NCBI GenBank assembly: GCA_004431415.1 | Contig: QPMI01000073.1 | Coordinates: 1 to 39,302, forward strand | Direction of reading: 5' to 3' | From: Cyanophora paradoxa CCMP329 | Lineage: Eukaryota; Plantae; Glaucophyta | Length of the DNA stretch: 39,302 nt | In this document: one piece after another, positions 9,352-19,332 of the stretch | How the letters are laid out: every line of letters begins with the position of its first letter | Position numbering within the stretch: the stretch's first letter is position 1 | Position numbers and translations under genes: made by a program | The notes under the pieces: generated by a model | Told to the model about the DNA's origin: nothing | Database searches by the model: none | The model's input: only the letters and a program-made list of their open reading frames with translations

Positions 9352-11678
9352 ATGAACGCCAAACAGACTAAATCGCTCAAATCGCTCGCTAACTGGCTCA
9401 GATCTGATGAGGATCTAGCCAAAAACATGATTATCCCAGTGAAACCTGACAGCAAAGACCCTGTTTTCAAGCATAAGGGAGGTGCTTGGTCCTGGGAAAA
9501 GTATGAGGAAGCGCTGGCAACTAATCAGTATGTATCTTGGGGCATTCTGCTCTCAGACAACATGATGGTTATTGACTTTGATGATGAGGAGGACTTTGAG
9601 AAATTCCGAGATATGTTTCCTGATGACTTTGATGCCAATCAGCCCATGGCAAAAACTAAAAAAGGCTATCATGTCTACTTCAAACGACCTGAGGAGTTCA
9701 CTAAACTCAAAATTACCGATAAGGCTCCAGGCTTTAAAGGCTTTGAAAAGGTTGACCTGAAAACAATCACTGGAACTGGAACTTCTGGATTAATTAATGT
9801 TTGTCCCAGTGTCAACAAGACCTGGGTAATTGCTCCATGGGATGATACCTGTGATTTCAATGAGCCTACTGATGAGTTTAAAAAGTGGATTGCAGAGAAC
9901 TATATCTATAAGAGTGAGTATACTGCTAGTGCTAGCTCAAATGATGAACTGGAAAAGAGTATTCTTAAAGAGCTGGTGGATATGGGCTTTATGCATCCCA
10001 ATATAATCTCTAAAACTGAACTTGGCTTTAGCTTTGATGCTGCTAATAAGGGACTCAATTGCCCATGCTGCAATGGTTCCCATGAATCGAATAACTGGTA
10101 TGTTATGAAAGCCAAAGGAGAAGATAAAAAGTATATTGTGTCCAGCTACAGTGGCAATTGCAAAAAACGATTTATCTTCATTGGAATGCAATCTGATATC
10201 TTCAATCTCATTGATAAATCCGCTGGCTCTGGAGGCGCTCATTATGATGTCAGTCTTGTGTGCAAAGAGGTCCTACAACACACTTGGAGATACTCCAAAA
10301 AGTCATGGTTCAAACTCAATACTGATACTGGGATTTGGGAGCATGATGACACAAACCAAAAGATTTACCTAGACATTAGTTGCCTTGTTGTCCCTCAATA
10401 CCTTGGCAGGGCTGTGCATTATAGTCAAAGAGCTTTGAAGGATGAAGAGAATAGAACAGCTTTCGAAGAGAAATCGAAAACATTAATTTCTATTGCCAAA
10501 AATCTTAAACAATCAGGATATCGCAAATCCCTTCTGACTGATCTGCTCCCTCTGCTAAATGATGATGAGTTTTACGAGAAGATTGATACAGTTCCATATG
10601 TAATTGGATTCGATAATGGTGTATTTGATCTGACAACTATGACTTTCAGAAAGGGTAAACTGGAAGACATGGTGAGCAAGAGTGTGGGTTATGATTATAC
10701 TGAGAATGTAGACCCCAAGAAAGTGGAGCATCTCAATCAGATTTATAGAGAGATTGTAGATGATCCAGCAGAGCGAAACTATCTTCTGGCATCTATTGCA
10801 ATTGCTTTGAGTGGATCAACAAAATCACAGAAGTTCTACATGTGGACTGGTGCTGGTGCTAATGGTAAATCACTTGTTCAGGAATACTGCAAACAGATAT
10901 CTGGGGCTTATTACAGCCCTCTCGAAATATCCTATTGGACCAAACCTAAGAAGAACTCATCAGATGCTACCCCTGAACTTGCCGAACTCCTGGGAAAGCG
11001 ACTTGTATTCAGTAATGAGGCTGAAGATGGTGATAAACTGCAAATCTCCAAAATTAAGGAGGTCACAGGTGGAAATGAAATGACTGTGAGAGCCTTGTTC
11101 AAAGATCCAGTTATCCTTACTCCAATGTTTCAAGTCTACATTACAACCAATGACAATTTGACTATAAACAAACCAGACTTTGCAATTCAAAGAAGGCTTT
11201 CATACCAGAGATTTAACAATATTTTCAGAGAGAAGCCAGAAGCTGGTCAAAAGAAAGCTGACCCAACTCTGTTCACACTTCTACACAATGATGATGAGTA
11301 TAAGATGGCTCACATGAAGATATTACTGGATATGTGGAAGAACAAAGAGGTTGAAGAGATCTTAAGAAATCCCCTCAATCGATTATTGAACAAGGGATAA
11401 ACTTTATAGCTGAAAATGATAAGATTGGTGAATGGCTTAGGGATAATTTCGAAGTAACCCACAATGCAAACGACTTTGTTTCGAGTGATACCATTTACAA
11501 ATCATACAGAAGTGTCGATGATAAAGTTGAATGTGTTTCTGTGATGAAGAGAGTAAGGGAAATCTTCAATGTGAAATCAGAGGTTAAAAGAATTCAGGGA
11601 ACCAGAGCAAGGGGCTACATTGGACTTCGAAAGATAACAAGGGTTCAAGAAGACAATGGAGAGGATGTCGAATATTAA
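9352..11678 (+). CDS. Primase-helicase: PrimPol/AEP domain, zinc ribbon, D5_N, SF3 helicase, C-terminal winged helix (1-bp frameshift near 11372)
   Basis: VIDFD and TKKGYHVYF; CPCCNGSH; IGFDNGVFDL; Walker A GAGANGKS; FSNE. Adding one C to the C-run at 11371..11374 extends the frame (NPPQSII...RGYIGLR...) to TAA at 11678. Confidence 0.9.
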
Positions 11679-11737
11679 ACAAAACGATTTATGATTGAAA
11701 TGTATATGTAATTTTATAGCCTTACTGGAAATGGTGT

Positions 11738-11830
11738 TGTTCACAGGTGTCACAGGTCCATCCCATCTAGGGGGCTATAAAACGAAAAATGACCAGGGGA
11801 CGATAAAAACCTGTGAACACCTGTGACACC
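11738..11830. repeat. Internal degenerate copy of the TIR iteron hairpin (candidate replication origin)
   Basis: TGTTCACAGGTGTCACAGGTCCATCCC...ACCTGTGAACACCTGTGACACC, ~60 bp after the primase-helicase stop. Confidence 0.8.
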
Positions 11831-11897
11831 TATCGAAAAAGACCAAAATTTGACAAGAATACTTAAGGCTTACTTGATTGTGTATAGTGAAGACAAA

Positions 11898-12119
11898 ATG
11901 GCAAAGGCTCTTGAAGAGATGACCATGACTGAGTTAGATAAATGCATTCAACATGGAGATATTGGGGCATATATCGAAATGTCAGAAAGATTGATAGGTT
12001 ACAATTTGTATGCAGCAAAACCAAAGAGGAATAGATCAGTGAATATTCACATTACAGTCTCAGTGTCTGAGAATGCAAACAAAAAACAACAAAAGCATAT
12101 TTACAAAAGTTATCTGTGA
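11898..12119 (+). CDS. Small hypothetical protein
   Basis: ORF with ATG at 11898 (MAKALEEM...); no recognisable motif. Confidence 0.4.
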   Translation: MAKALEEMTMTELDKCIQHGDIGAYIEMSERLIGYNLYAAKPKRNRSVNIHITVSVSENANKKQQKHIYKSYL

Positions 12120-12206
12120 CTTGATTGCAAGTATAAAGCCAATTCCTTTGTATATAGTTTTATAGCTGCCTCAGTAGCATACTGAGACCGCTTTTTCTCG
12201 ATTATC

Positions 12207-12452
12207 TTATAGACCTGGGGGTCCATTGCTACTTTCAGTTGGCAAATAATATTTAATCGGTCTCCCTCTGGGTCTCTGCTCCTCTTTTTGGGCTTTTCTG
12301 CGATAATAGGATGCCAGGGCTTGTTGTTTCTTATACTCTCTATATGCTGGGTCATCTCTATATCGTTTCTGCATTGCCAGAATGTGTCTTATAGACCCCT
12401 CAGTAACAGGTTCATCACTGGTAAACTCGATTAAACTAATAGTGTCCTCCAT
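12207..12452 (-). CDS. Small basic hypothetical protein with AT-hook-like RPRGRP
   Basis: 81-aa ATG ORF co-oriented with the morphogenesis cluster. Confidence 0.6.
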   Translation of the reverse strand: MEDTISLIEFTSDEPVTEGSIRHILAMQKRYRDDPAYREYKKQQALASYYRRKAQKEEQRPRGRPIKYYLPTESSNGPPGL

Positions 12453-12708
12453 TTATATTCCCAGAGAAAACGTTTTCTGCTGGCAGAGAACTTCTCCTTG
12501 GATACTCCTGTTGCTCATATGTATACTCTGTGGGGTCTGCTGGCATTGACTCCACAGAAACTGTTGATCTCCTTCTCTCTCTTGCTTCTGAGGCATTATC
12601 CTCAGTATCTGACATCTCAAACTCTATTGTTGTGTCACAGCATCCACTGTGGCAATTGCTCACCACATGCAGACTGAGCATCTCAATAAACTTTCGTATT
12701 ATATCCAT
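12436..12708 (-). CDS. Small hypothetical protein with Cys cluster (SNCHSGCC) and acidic tail
   Basis: 90-aa ATG ORF, identical in the outer copy. Confidence 0.6.
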   Translation of the reverse strand: MDIIRKFIEMLSLHVVSNCHSGCCDTTIEFEMSDTEDNASEARERRRSTVSVESMPADPTEYTYEQQEYPRRSSLPAENVFSGNINGGHY

Positions 12709-12730
12709 GTCTCTAATAAAACAGAGAAAA

Positions 12731-13465
12731 TTAAAGCCAAACTCGTCTTTTATATACTGTTGGGGCTACTCCCTTTTCTACTTCAGCTTTGGTGGCACCA
12801 GGTTCAATAGTTCCCTTCTGGGTCTTTGTTTTCATTTCATCTACTGCCTGCTCATCGATTTGGTTCTCTTTCTTAGCAATAAACTGTTTATCTGGGACAC
12901 CAGTAATTCCCATTTTATAAACTTCCTTTCGAAGCATCTCCTTGAGCTTGGCTCTCTCTTTCTTCTCAGTAACATACTGCTCCAAGGCACTTGATTTAGC
13001 TTCCAAGTCTTTGAGTTTAGCAGTCATCTCATCCCATTGAGCCTTGGGAATTCGATGTATATTTTGAGTGGGAGCAGTTTTATATGTGACTTCACCAGCC
13101 ATAGACTGGATTACCTTGTCTGATTCCTTACTAAGACCTTCACCTTTGCGAGCCAGTGAAAGATCTTGCAAGCCTAGACCTTTATCATCAGCAGCACCAA
13201 TAATTCGCCTGGCACCCTCAGCAACAGCTTTCATTTTTGAGGCTTCAGGTGAGATGTTGAGTTGGTCACTGGTTGAAGCCTGTGGGGCTTTGTCATCGAA
13301 TGATTCTTCATAGGCAGCATTGAGGGGGTCTTCTTGTTGTTGTGAGGGCTTCACCTCATTCATACCATTGAACTTCAGTGGTTCAGTGTTAATGGATCCA
13401 TTGTTTCCACCACCTGAATAGCCAACAGCCCCAGCTGGGATCCCTATTTTTCGTTTGGGAGGCAT
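12731..13465 (-). CDS. Hypothetical low-complexity/coiled-coil protein (candidate virion core protein)
   Basis: 244 aa, NLS-like MPPKRK start, directly downstream of the ATPase; function inferred from position only. Confidence 0.7.
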   Translation of the reverse strand: MPPKRKIGIPAGAVGYSGGGNNGSINTEPLKFNGMNEVKPSQQQEDPLNAAYEESFDDKAPQASTSDQLNISPEASKMKAVAEGARRIIGAADDKGLGLQDLSLARKGEGLSKESDKVIQSMAGEVTYKTAPTQNIHRIPKAQWDEMTAKLKDLEAKSSALEQYVTEKKERAKLKEMLRKEVYKMGITGVPDKQFIAKKENQIDEQAVDEMKTKTQKGTIEPGATKAEVEKGVAPTVYKRRVWL

Positions 13466-13493
13466 TGTATCTTTATTAGAATGAGAGATAATT

Positions 13494-14276
13494 TTATAAA
13501 CCGCGTTTATATCTCATCAATTTATTGCTATGGATTTGGCTTTTCACTTCTTTAGGGGCTTCCTCTTTCTCTGGTGGTTTCAGTTCATCTTCTTTCTTTT
13601 TTGGCTTTCTGTGGAAGCGAGGAAATGGGAAATCTTTCACAAGCTCAGCTTTATCTACAAAGTATTTAACTGAGTAGTTTGCAGAGGACCAAATAATATA
13701 CTGATAGGAGTGAACATACTCTTCAAACATCTTGTAAAAATCCTCTTTATTTCGCATTATATTGTATTCTTCCTCTATGGCTTCCAGTTCTTTGCGATTT
13801 GCAGCACTTAAAAACATAGCATAGTCCGAATTAACTCGAATTGTTGAAGAAACCTTACGCAGTTTCTGAGTTATGCAAAAAATCGAGATTTTCGAGTGGC
13901 GCCCACGCGAATACAGAGATCCTATTATTTTATCCCTGGTCAAATCGACTATTTCATTATCGATTAAATCATCTAAAACCACACATAACTGATTAACAGG
14001 TTCGCCTTTTTCTATTTTCTCTTGCCTCTCATCTAGCAATTTAGAAATGTAAGGGGCATCCCATTTTCCCAGTTGCAGTGTTGCCACTTTATCCCAGAAA
14101 TGATTGAAGCTGGTTCCACTCACAACTAATACAACATCAATCTTTTTGGCATCATGCAACTGCTTTAACCAATACTTTACAGCTTCTGATTTACCAGTTG
14201 CTGATTTTCCTATTGCCAGTACACGAAATGGTGGTTCTATCATTTCACCAGCATCAAATTCATCCAGATCATTCAT
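13494..14276 (-). CDS. A32/FtsK-HerA genome-packaging ATPase
   Basis: Walker A GKSATGKS, Walker B VVLDD, RGRHSKISIFCITQ and IRVNSDY. Confidence 0.93.
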   Translation of the reverse strand: MNDLDEFDAGEMIEPPFRVLAIGKSATGKSEAVKYWLKQLHDAKKIDVVLVVSGTSFNHFWDKVATLQLGKWDAPYISKLLDERQEKIEKGEPVNQLCVVLDDLIDNEIVDLTRDKIIGSLYSRGRHSKISIFCITQKLRKVSSTIRVNSDYAMFLSAANRKELEAIEEEYNIMRNKEDFYKMFEEYVHSYQYIIWSSANYSVKYFVDKAELVKDFPFPRFHRKPKKKEDELKPPEKEEAPKEVKSQIHSNKLMRYKRGL

Positions 14277-14340
14277 TGTTGTATATCTTTCTAAATAAAG
14301 ACAGATAAAAATAATGCAGGGTGACTGAATATGGTAAGAT

Positions 14341-15717
14341 CTAAAGATTTATACGACGTAATCCATCTTTGTCCAAAATTATGAAACTATGCATGAGAGC
14401 GCGAACATTAACATCGATTACCTTATCTGAAGGCATGTAGAGGGTGAGGAATGAAGAGGAGGAATTTGTCAGGTCAACAAATCCACTTTGAGCAATATTT
14501 CGAATTGCCTTTTCTCCATCAAGGCAGAATGGGAGTCCTGAAAGGACATATTTATCAACAACCTTATCCATGTTAGAGCATTTGAAGGCATCAGCAATTA
14601 GCTCAGCACCTTTGAGCAGTGGAATTGGCTCAGTGGCATAAAGTCGCTGTCCATTAATTTCAACAGTGAAAGTAATATCTTTGGAGTTGGCATAGGTCTT
14701 AAGAACACTGTGGGAGCCATTGGATTTGTCAACAGTTGCATGATCACGAACTGAAACAAGCAGAGCATAAACCAGTCCAGAGATTTGAGAGAGGTTAATT
14801 CGATTGGGTTGGGCATTGCCCTTGGCAGAAAAAGCACTAGCATCTACAAATCCAATGTCTAGAGCAGGAATAGCCATGCCAGTAGTCTTAACCTTTTCAA
14901 TTACAGTAGCAAAAAGATCATCAGAAACATTTACAGCATGCATGTAAAGGCGAGGAGAAGTAATTTTAATAGTTTCTGGGGTTGTTTTACCAAGAGTGAA
15001 AGTGGTGATGTTTTGTCCAACATTTGCCAGAACAGTTTCAGCAGGGGCAGTTCCAAGACCATCATCTTTAGAATAATCTGTATCAGCTGCTGCAACAATA
15101 AGACCACGACCACCATAAGAAGTTTCAACATAACCCTTTCCAGCATCCTTAAACCAAACAGTAACAACCATTTCACCAGATAAAGCACCAAGGGGAAGAT
15201 AGTGATTTAGCCAAGGAACTGGGATTTCAACAAAGAATGAGCCACCAAGGCGGTTGGTTCCATGAGCAGGGATGCCATGAACCATGCCCATTGATTGTTT
15301 CTTTTTGGCTAGTTGATCCTCCGAATAATAGACCAGGGGGAAATGAGCAAGGAAATCAGAGGGGATATGGTAGGTGTAAGATCCATAGGTAATTTCAAGT
15401 CGCTGAACTAAAGCACCAACTGGGCGAGTGTAGCCATTGCGAACCAGATCAGTATCACCTTCAAAAGCAGTGATTTCTGGTAGGTCGAAAGCAAGTTCGA
15501 GTTTTCCACAGAAATTGTAGCGAGGTAGCTTGAAGGAAATGCGATTTCCTACATTATTCTCAAAAGTATTGCTGGGATTCACAACAACTAGAACTGGCTT
15601 AGACTTGGATTCGAGACCAAGCATAAGGGAGTTATCCAGGAAAAAGGCTTTCGCCTCCTCTGGGGTTGTTAGGGCTTCTTTCAGCGAAAGTCTTTGAAGA
15701 GTGGAAGTGATATCCAT
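14341..15717 (-). CDS. Double jelly-roll major capsid protein
   Basis: 458 aa, beta-rich; ISFKLPR, LVQRLEITYG, EIPVPW..YLPLGAL, FTVEINGQ patterns; lies between penton and ATPase. Confidence 0.82.
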   Translation of the reverse strand: MDITSTLQRLSLKEALTTPEEAKAFFLDNSLMLGLESKSKPVLVVVNPSNTFENNVGNRISFKLPRYNFCGKLELAFDLPEITAFEGDTDLVRNGYTRPVGALVQRLEITYGSYTYHIPSDFLAHFPLVYYSEDQLAKKKQSMGMVHGIPAHGTNRLGGSFFVEIPVPWLNHYLPLGALSGEMVVTVWFKDAGKGYVETSYGGRGLIVAAADTDYSKDDGLGTAPAETVLANVGQNITTFTLGKTTPETIKITSPRLYMHAVNVSDDLFATVIEKVKTTGMAIPALDIGFVDASAFSAKGNAQPNRINLSQISGLVYALLVSVRDHATVDKSNGSHSVLKTYANSKDITFTVEINGQRLYATEPIPLLKGAELIADAFKCSNMDKVVDKYVLSGLPFCLDGEKAIRNIAQSGFVDLTNSSSSFLTLYMPSDKVIDVNVRALMHSFIILDKDGLRRINL

Positions 15718-15770
15718 GATATTCTCTTTTATTATACTGCAACATAAAAAATCTACCAATGATCCTTAAT

Positions 15771-16781
15771 TTATGCGAAGTTTGTAATAACTGGATAGGA
15801 AGGGTGAAGCTGCGACATTCTCATCTTATAGTATTCATAAACTGGGTCCCCTGCTGGCTCATCACCATAGCGAATTTCAAAGGTCAGATGAACAGGTTGA
15901 CCCTCGAAATCAATTGGTTCATTAACAGCATTCACAATATCAACCGAAAAAGTGGATAATCCAACCTTTTTATTATAATATTTGTAAAGTGGATGAGCCT
16001 CTGTCGAATTGTAAACTACATGCTCACCATAGTCTTTGTCAGGTACCACTATTTTATGGAAGTAACCAGTCAGAAGACCATCCCCACATTGAACCAGATC
16101 ACCCAGCTCCTTTACTCTCACAAACAAAACACTGTCCCTGGTCTTTTCAGGCTCAAATGAAGATATAATGCCATTCACTCGACCACCAGTAAAGATTCCA
16201 TCAGTGAGAGCATCATAAACTTGGGATTTGATTGGGGAATTCCCATATCTTCCAGGATCAAGACCAAGCAGTCTAGCTGAACTCAATAGCTTTTGGATTG
16301 TTTGTTGGCTTGGGTTTACAGCAAGTGAAAAAGCCAGGTAAAAAGGCACTGCTGAGTGGAATATAATTCGTTTCAGTGACTCATCCCATTTACAGCGAAG
16401 AGATGGTTGGGGAGTTCTGCCAATGAATTTTGAGTTGATTACATTCACCAGCTGTTGGTGGCTTTGGATGGGGGTCTCGCGATTTACCATGAACTGTTTC
16501 CATTGTTCAAAATCAGCAGCTGGACGAGTTGTTGGAATTCCTGAGCTTCCAGCTCCAGGAGTTTGTTCAGAATAATAAATACTAAATGTGTTATCAACTG
16601 TTACATCTCCTGCTTTGGTTTCACCACTCACCATAGGGATGCTGTTATAAAATTCGGCTGAGACCAGTCTCACAGCCCTCACATTCTCATAAGTACTGGG
16701 AAGTCGAGCCACAAAGCTTGATGTGGGACCATCACCAGAGATTGTATTAAATGAGCTAACCTCGATGTAATCCACAGGCAT
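15771..16781 (-). CDS. Minor capsid (penton) protein 1
   Basis: YIEVSS...LPSTYENVRAVRLVSAEFYNS at the N-terminus; LSTFSVDIVNAVNEPIDFEGQPVHLTFEI at the C-terminus. Confidence 0.85.
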   Translation of the reverse strand: MPVDYIEVSSFNTISGDGPTSSFVARLPSTYENVRAVRLVSAEFYNSIPMVSGETKAGDVTVDNTFSIYYSEQTPGAGSSGIPTTRPAADFEQWKQFMVNRETPIQSHQQLVNVINSKFIGRTPQPSLRCKWDESLKRIIFHSAVPFYLAFSLAVNPSQQTIQKLLSSARLLGLDPGRYGNSPIKSQVYDALTDGIFTGGRVNGIISSFEPEKTRDSVLFVRVKELGDLVQCGDGLLTGYFHKIVVPDKDYGEHVVYNSTEAHPLYKYYNKKVGLSTFSVDIVNAVNEPIDFEGQPVHLTFEIRYGDEPAGDPVYEYYKMRMSQLHPSYPVITNFA

Positions 16782-16810
16782 TCTTCTTTTATCTATATTT
16801 ATATATTAAA

Positions 16811-17743
16811 ATGAATCGACTTGTTAATATTGATAGCAGGGATAGAAGCCAAGGACAAAATGAAAACTCTTACAGGGTCACCCTCACAACTCCAGTAGAG
16901 AGACCAAGAGAATGCAGGGTTCTATATGCAGAGATTCCAAACAGTATCTATAACAGTGTGGGGACTGATCATTTAACAGTTGATTTTAACTACCAAGATG
17001 GTTCATACAATGAAATCATCACACAGAAAGTGTATCCCCTTCCCAGTGGCTACATTAACCAGGGTCATTTTGGGGTAACACATCCCTATAATTATGGGCT
17101 GAACTATTCAGGCTACCAGACCATTGCAGGTAAAACAGTGTTTTTTGAATTCAAGATATTCTACAATCCAACAACCTATAAAGTGGAGTTTTACAGTAAC
17201 CATGAGTTTCGTTTTATTGCAAGCAACAATCGAATCGGGAAGCTTTTGGGTGTAAGTTCTACTGAATACACCAATGGGTATTATAGCACTCCTCCTGTTG
17301 GTGGATCTCCCTATCGACCTGAGAACCTTTTAAAGTATGATGGTAAACCTATTACACCTGATCACCCAGCATGGGGAATCACCTTCTCAGGACCCAGACT
17401 CTCCTCAAAGCCCTTGCAGTATTATTTCACCAGTAATAAGATGTCTGATATGAATGCTGAGCAGTATCTGTACATGCATATTAAAGAGCTTGCCCCCTTT
17501 GCCAGCAGACACAATATAATTCCAAAATCGCAACCACAAAACCAGGGAGCTATCCTTAGATTGCAATTGAGTAAGGATATAGGTGGCTATGTTTACCATA
17601 GTGGTGAGCATGCAGAATTCATTCAGATAAATGACAGAAACCTGGTGATAAGGGAACTCACAGTTGAATTTAAAGATTACTTTGGTGAACTGATTGATAT
17701 GAATGGAATCGATAATTCTTTTCAGTTGGAGTTTATCGAATAA
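16811..17743 (+). CDS. Minor capsid (penton) protein 2
   Basis: NIDSRDR...AEIPNSIYN and IRELTVEFKDYFGELIDMNGIDNSFQLEF single-jelly-roll motifs. Confidence 0.87.
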   Translation: MNRLVNIDSRDRSQGQNENSYRVTLTTPVERPRECRVLYAEIPNSIYNSVGTDHLTVDFNYQDGSYNEIITQKVYPLPSGYINQGHFGVTHPYNYGLNYSGYQTIAGKTVFFEFKIFYNPTTYKVEFYSNHEFRFIASNNRIGKLLGVSSTEYTNGYYSTPPVGGSPYRPENLLKYDGKPITPDHPAWGITFSGPRLSSKPLQYYFTSNKMSDMNAEQYLYMHIKELAPFASRHNIIPKSQPQNQGAILRLQLSKDIGGYVYHSGEHAEFIQINDRNLVIRELTVEFKDYFGELIDMNGIDNSFQLEFIE

Positions 17744-19289
17744 AGGCACCTGTGAAATCAACTCTCATTGTGGGAGCATTCACATACACAAGGGGATAAA
17801 TGCGAATATATTTAATTCTGAGAGAAAAACCTATGTAAAAAGCATCCTTGATGCTGAGAGGGAATCCACTCAATAAAGCCACATCACCTGAGTTGTGAGC
17901 ATTGTTGATGTTCTCACAGACATATATTTTGTTCTGCCCATCTGATCGAATAAAAGACCAGTTGATCCCATCAGTGGATGTTGCCACATTGAAAGTCTTA
18001 ATAAAAGCATTGGTGTCCCCTGATCCATAGGCAATCACAGAAGAGAGTTCAAAAGTATATGGAAAAGCAACTTGTAGGTATTCAGTGGGGGTTTCCCATA
18101 TCTGTTCAGGAGCATAGGCTCCAGCTTCCCAGCCAAATGCTGAAGGTCTAGCCATGAAAGGCTCTTTACCTGTCACAGAGGATGAGGCAGTAAAGGCATC
18201 ATCTGCAAGCTGATACCAATTAGCATCCAAAGGAGGTGATGTAGTGAGAGTGGATGAGATGTAAGCCTTTGTAGGGTTCTTTAGTTCATAGTTTGCTACT
18301 AAAAGGCTGCAAAGCTTATTGATCATATCATTGTTTGCTGCTATGTATGTTTCTGTGAAAGAAAGCATATCTGGGATTTTAGAAGTGTCATCAAGGGAGC
18401 TTACTATATGATTTGGAAGAGGTACTGATAGCCTGTAATATCTCCCATAATCCTGATCATAGTTGTAGGGTAACAACTCCTCCATTTTATCAAGGGCAGA
18501 AAGCTCACTTGCAGCCATGAGCATGTTAATCAATGGGCTTCCATCTGTTGAGGCAATCCATGAGAGAATGCCCCAGCTGTTCACAGTCTCATAAGCATAA
18601 CCCACATAATCAGACTCTAAATGTGGGTCTACCTCTCCACAAGAGATGCTTATTACTATAATATCATCATCATCACTGTAAATCTTCTTTGCATGGCTGT
18701 AACCACACACACTGGGATTATTGTTTCCCGAAATGGCACCATCAATGAGACAGACATATACTCCCCGATTGAAATCAACAATGCTTACAGGAGAGAAATA
18801 TGTAGGAGCAGCAGAAGTAGCCCTGGCAGCAATCTTACAAGGCATAAAGTTGTAATTGTTGTCATTTGTGATAAATATTGGTTTCATATTCTGAGTATCA
18901 AAGGATGTAATCACAATGTCTTTTAGGGAATCCTGTATGAGTGATTCACCAGTAACTGAATTGATTGCAGTCTCCAAGGGTCCCACATCATACTTTGTAT
19001 TAAATAGGGCATTTTCGATTATATTTCGAGGATTTGCGAAAATCAAGGGCAGTTGGGCTAGGTAAATGTTGTGTAAATCGTTTGCTGTGAGTTTAGGTTC
19101 ACCTGGTTTATCAGGATGCCTTATATTCAAACCTATTGCAATGATCCCACCAGTGGAAGTTCCACTCACAAGATCCACAAGATCGATTATTCTCCTGCCA
19201 GTTCGATTTTCGATTTCTTTTAGCAGCCTGGTTATGATAATGCCCCTTGCACCCCCGCCAGAAAGACTTAAAACGACCTTGAGAGGCAT
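17733..19289 (-). CDS. Patatin-like phospholipase fused to a C-terminal F5/8 type C (discoidin) domain
   Basis: LSGGGARG, GTSTG, ATSAAPTYF, DGA; C-terminal FTASS..W..EYLQV..STDGINW..YIRIYP..MRVD. Confidence 0.9.
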   Translation of the reverse strand: MPLKVVLSLSGGGARGIIITRLLKEIENRTGRRIIDLVDLVSGTSTGGIIAIGLNIRHPDKPGEPKLTANDLHNIYLAQLPLIFANPRNIIENALFNTKYDVGPLETAINSVTGESLIQDSLKDIVITSFDTQNMKPIFITNDNNYNFMPCKIAARATSAAPTYFSPVSIVDFNRGVYVCLIDGAISGNNNPSVCGYSHAKKIYSDDDDIIVISISCGEVDPHLESDYVGYAYETVNSWGILSWIASTDGSPLINMLMAASELSALDKMEELLPYNYDQDYGRYYRLSVPLPNHIVSSLDDTSKIPDMLSFTETYIAANNDMINKLCSLLVANYELKNPTKAYISSTLTTSPPLDANWYQLADDAFTASSSVTGKEPFMARPSAFGWEAGAYAPEQIWETPTEYLQVAFPYTFELSSVIAYGSGDTNAFIKTFNVATSTDGINWSFIRSDGQNKIYVCENINNAHNSGDVALLSGFPLSIKDAFYIGFSLRIKYIRIYPLVYVNAPTMRVDFTGAFIR

Positions 19290-19332
19290 CTTTTACTTAT
19301 CAGGAATTTTATAAATCCATATAGTAAAAGCC

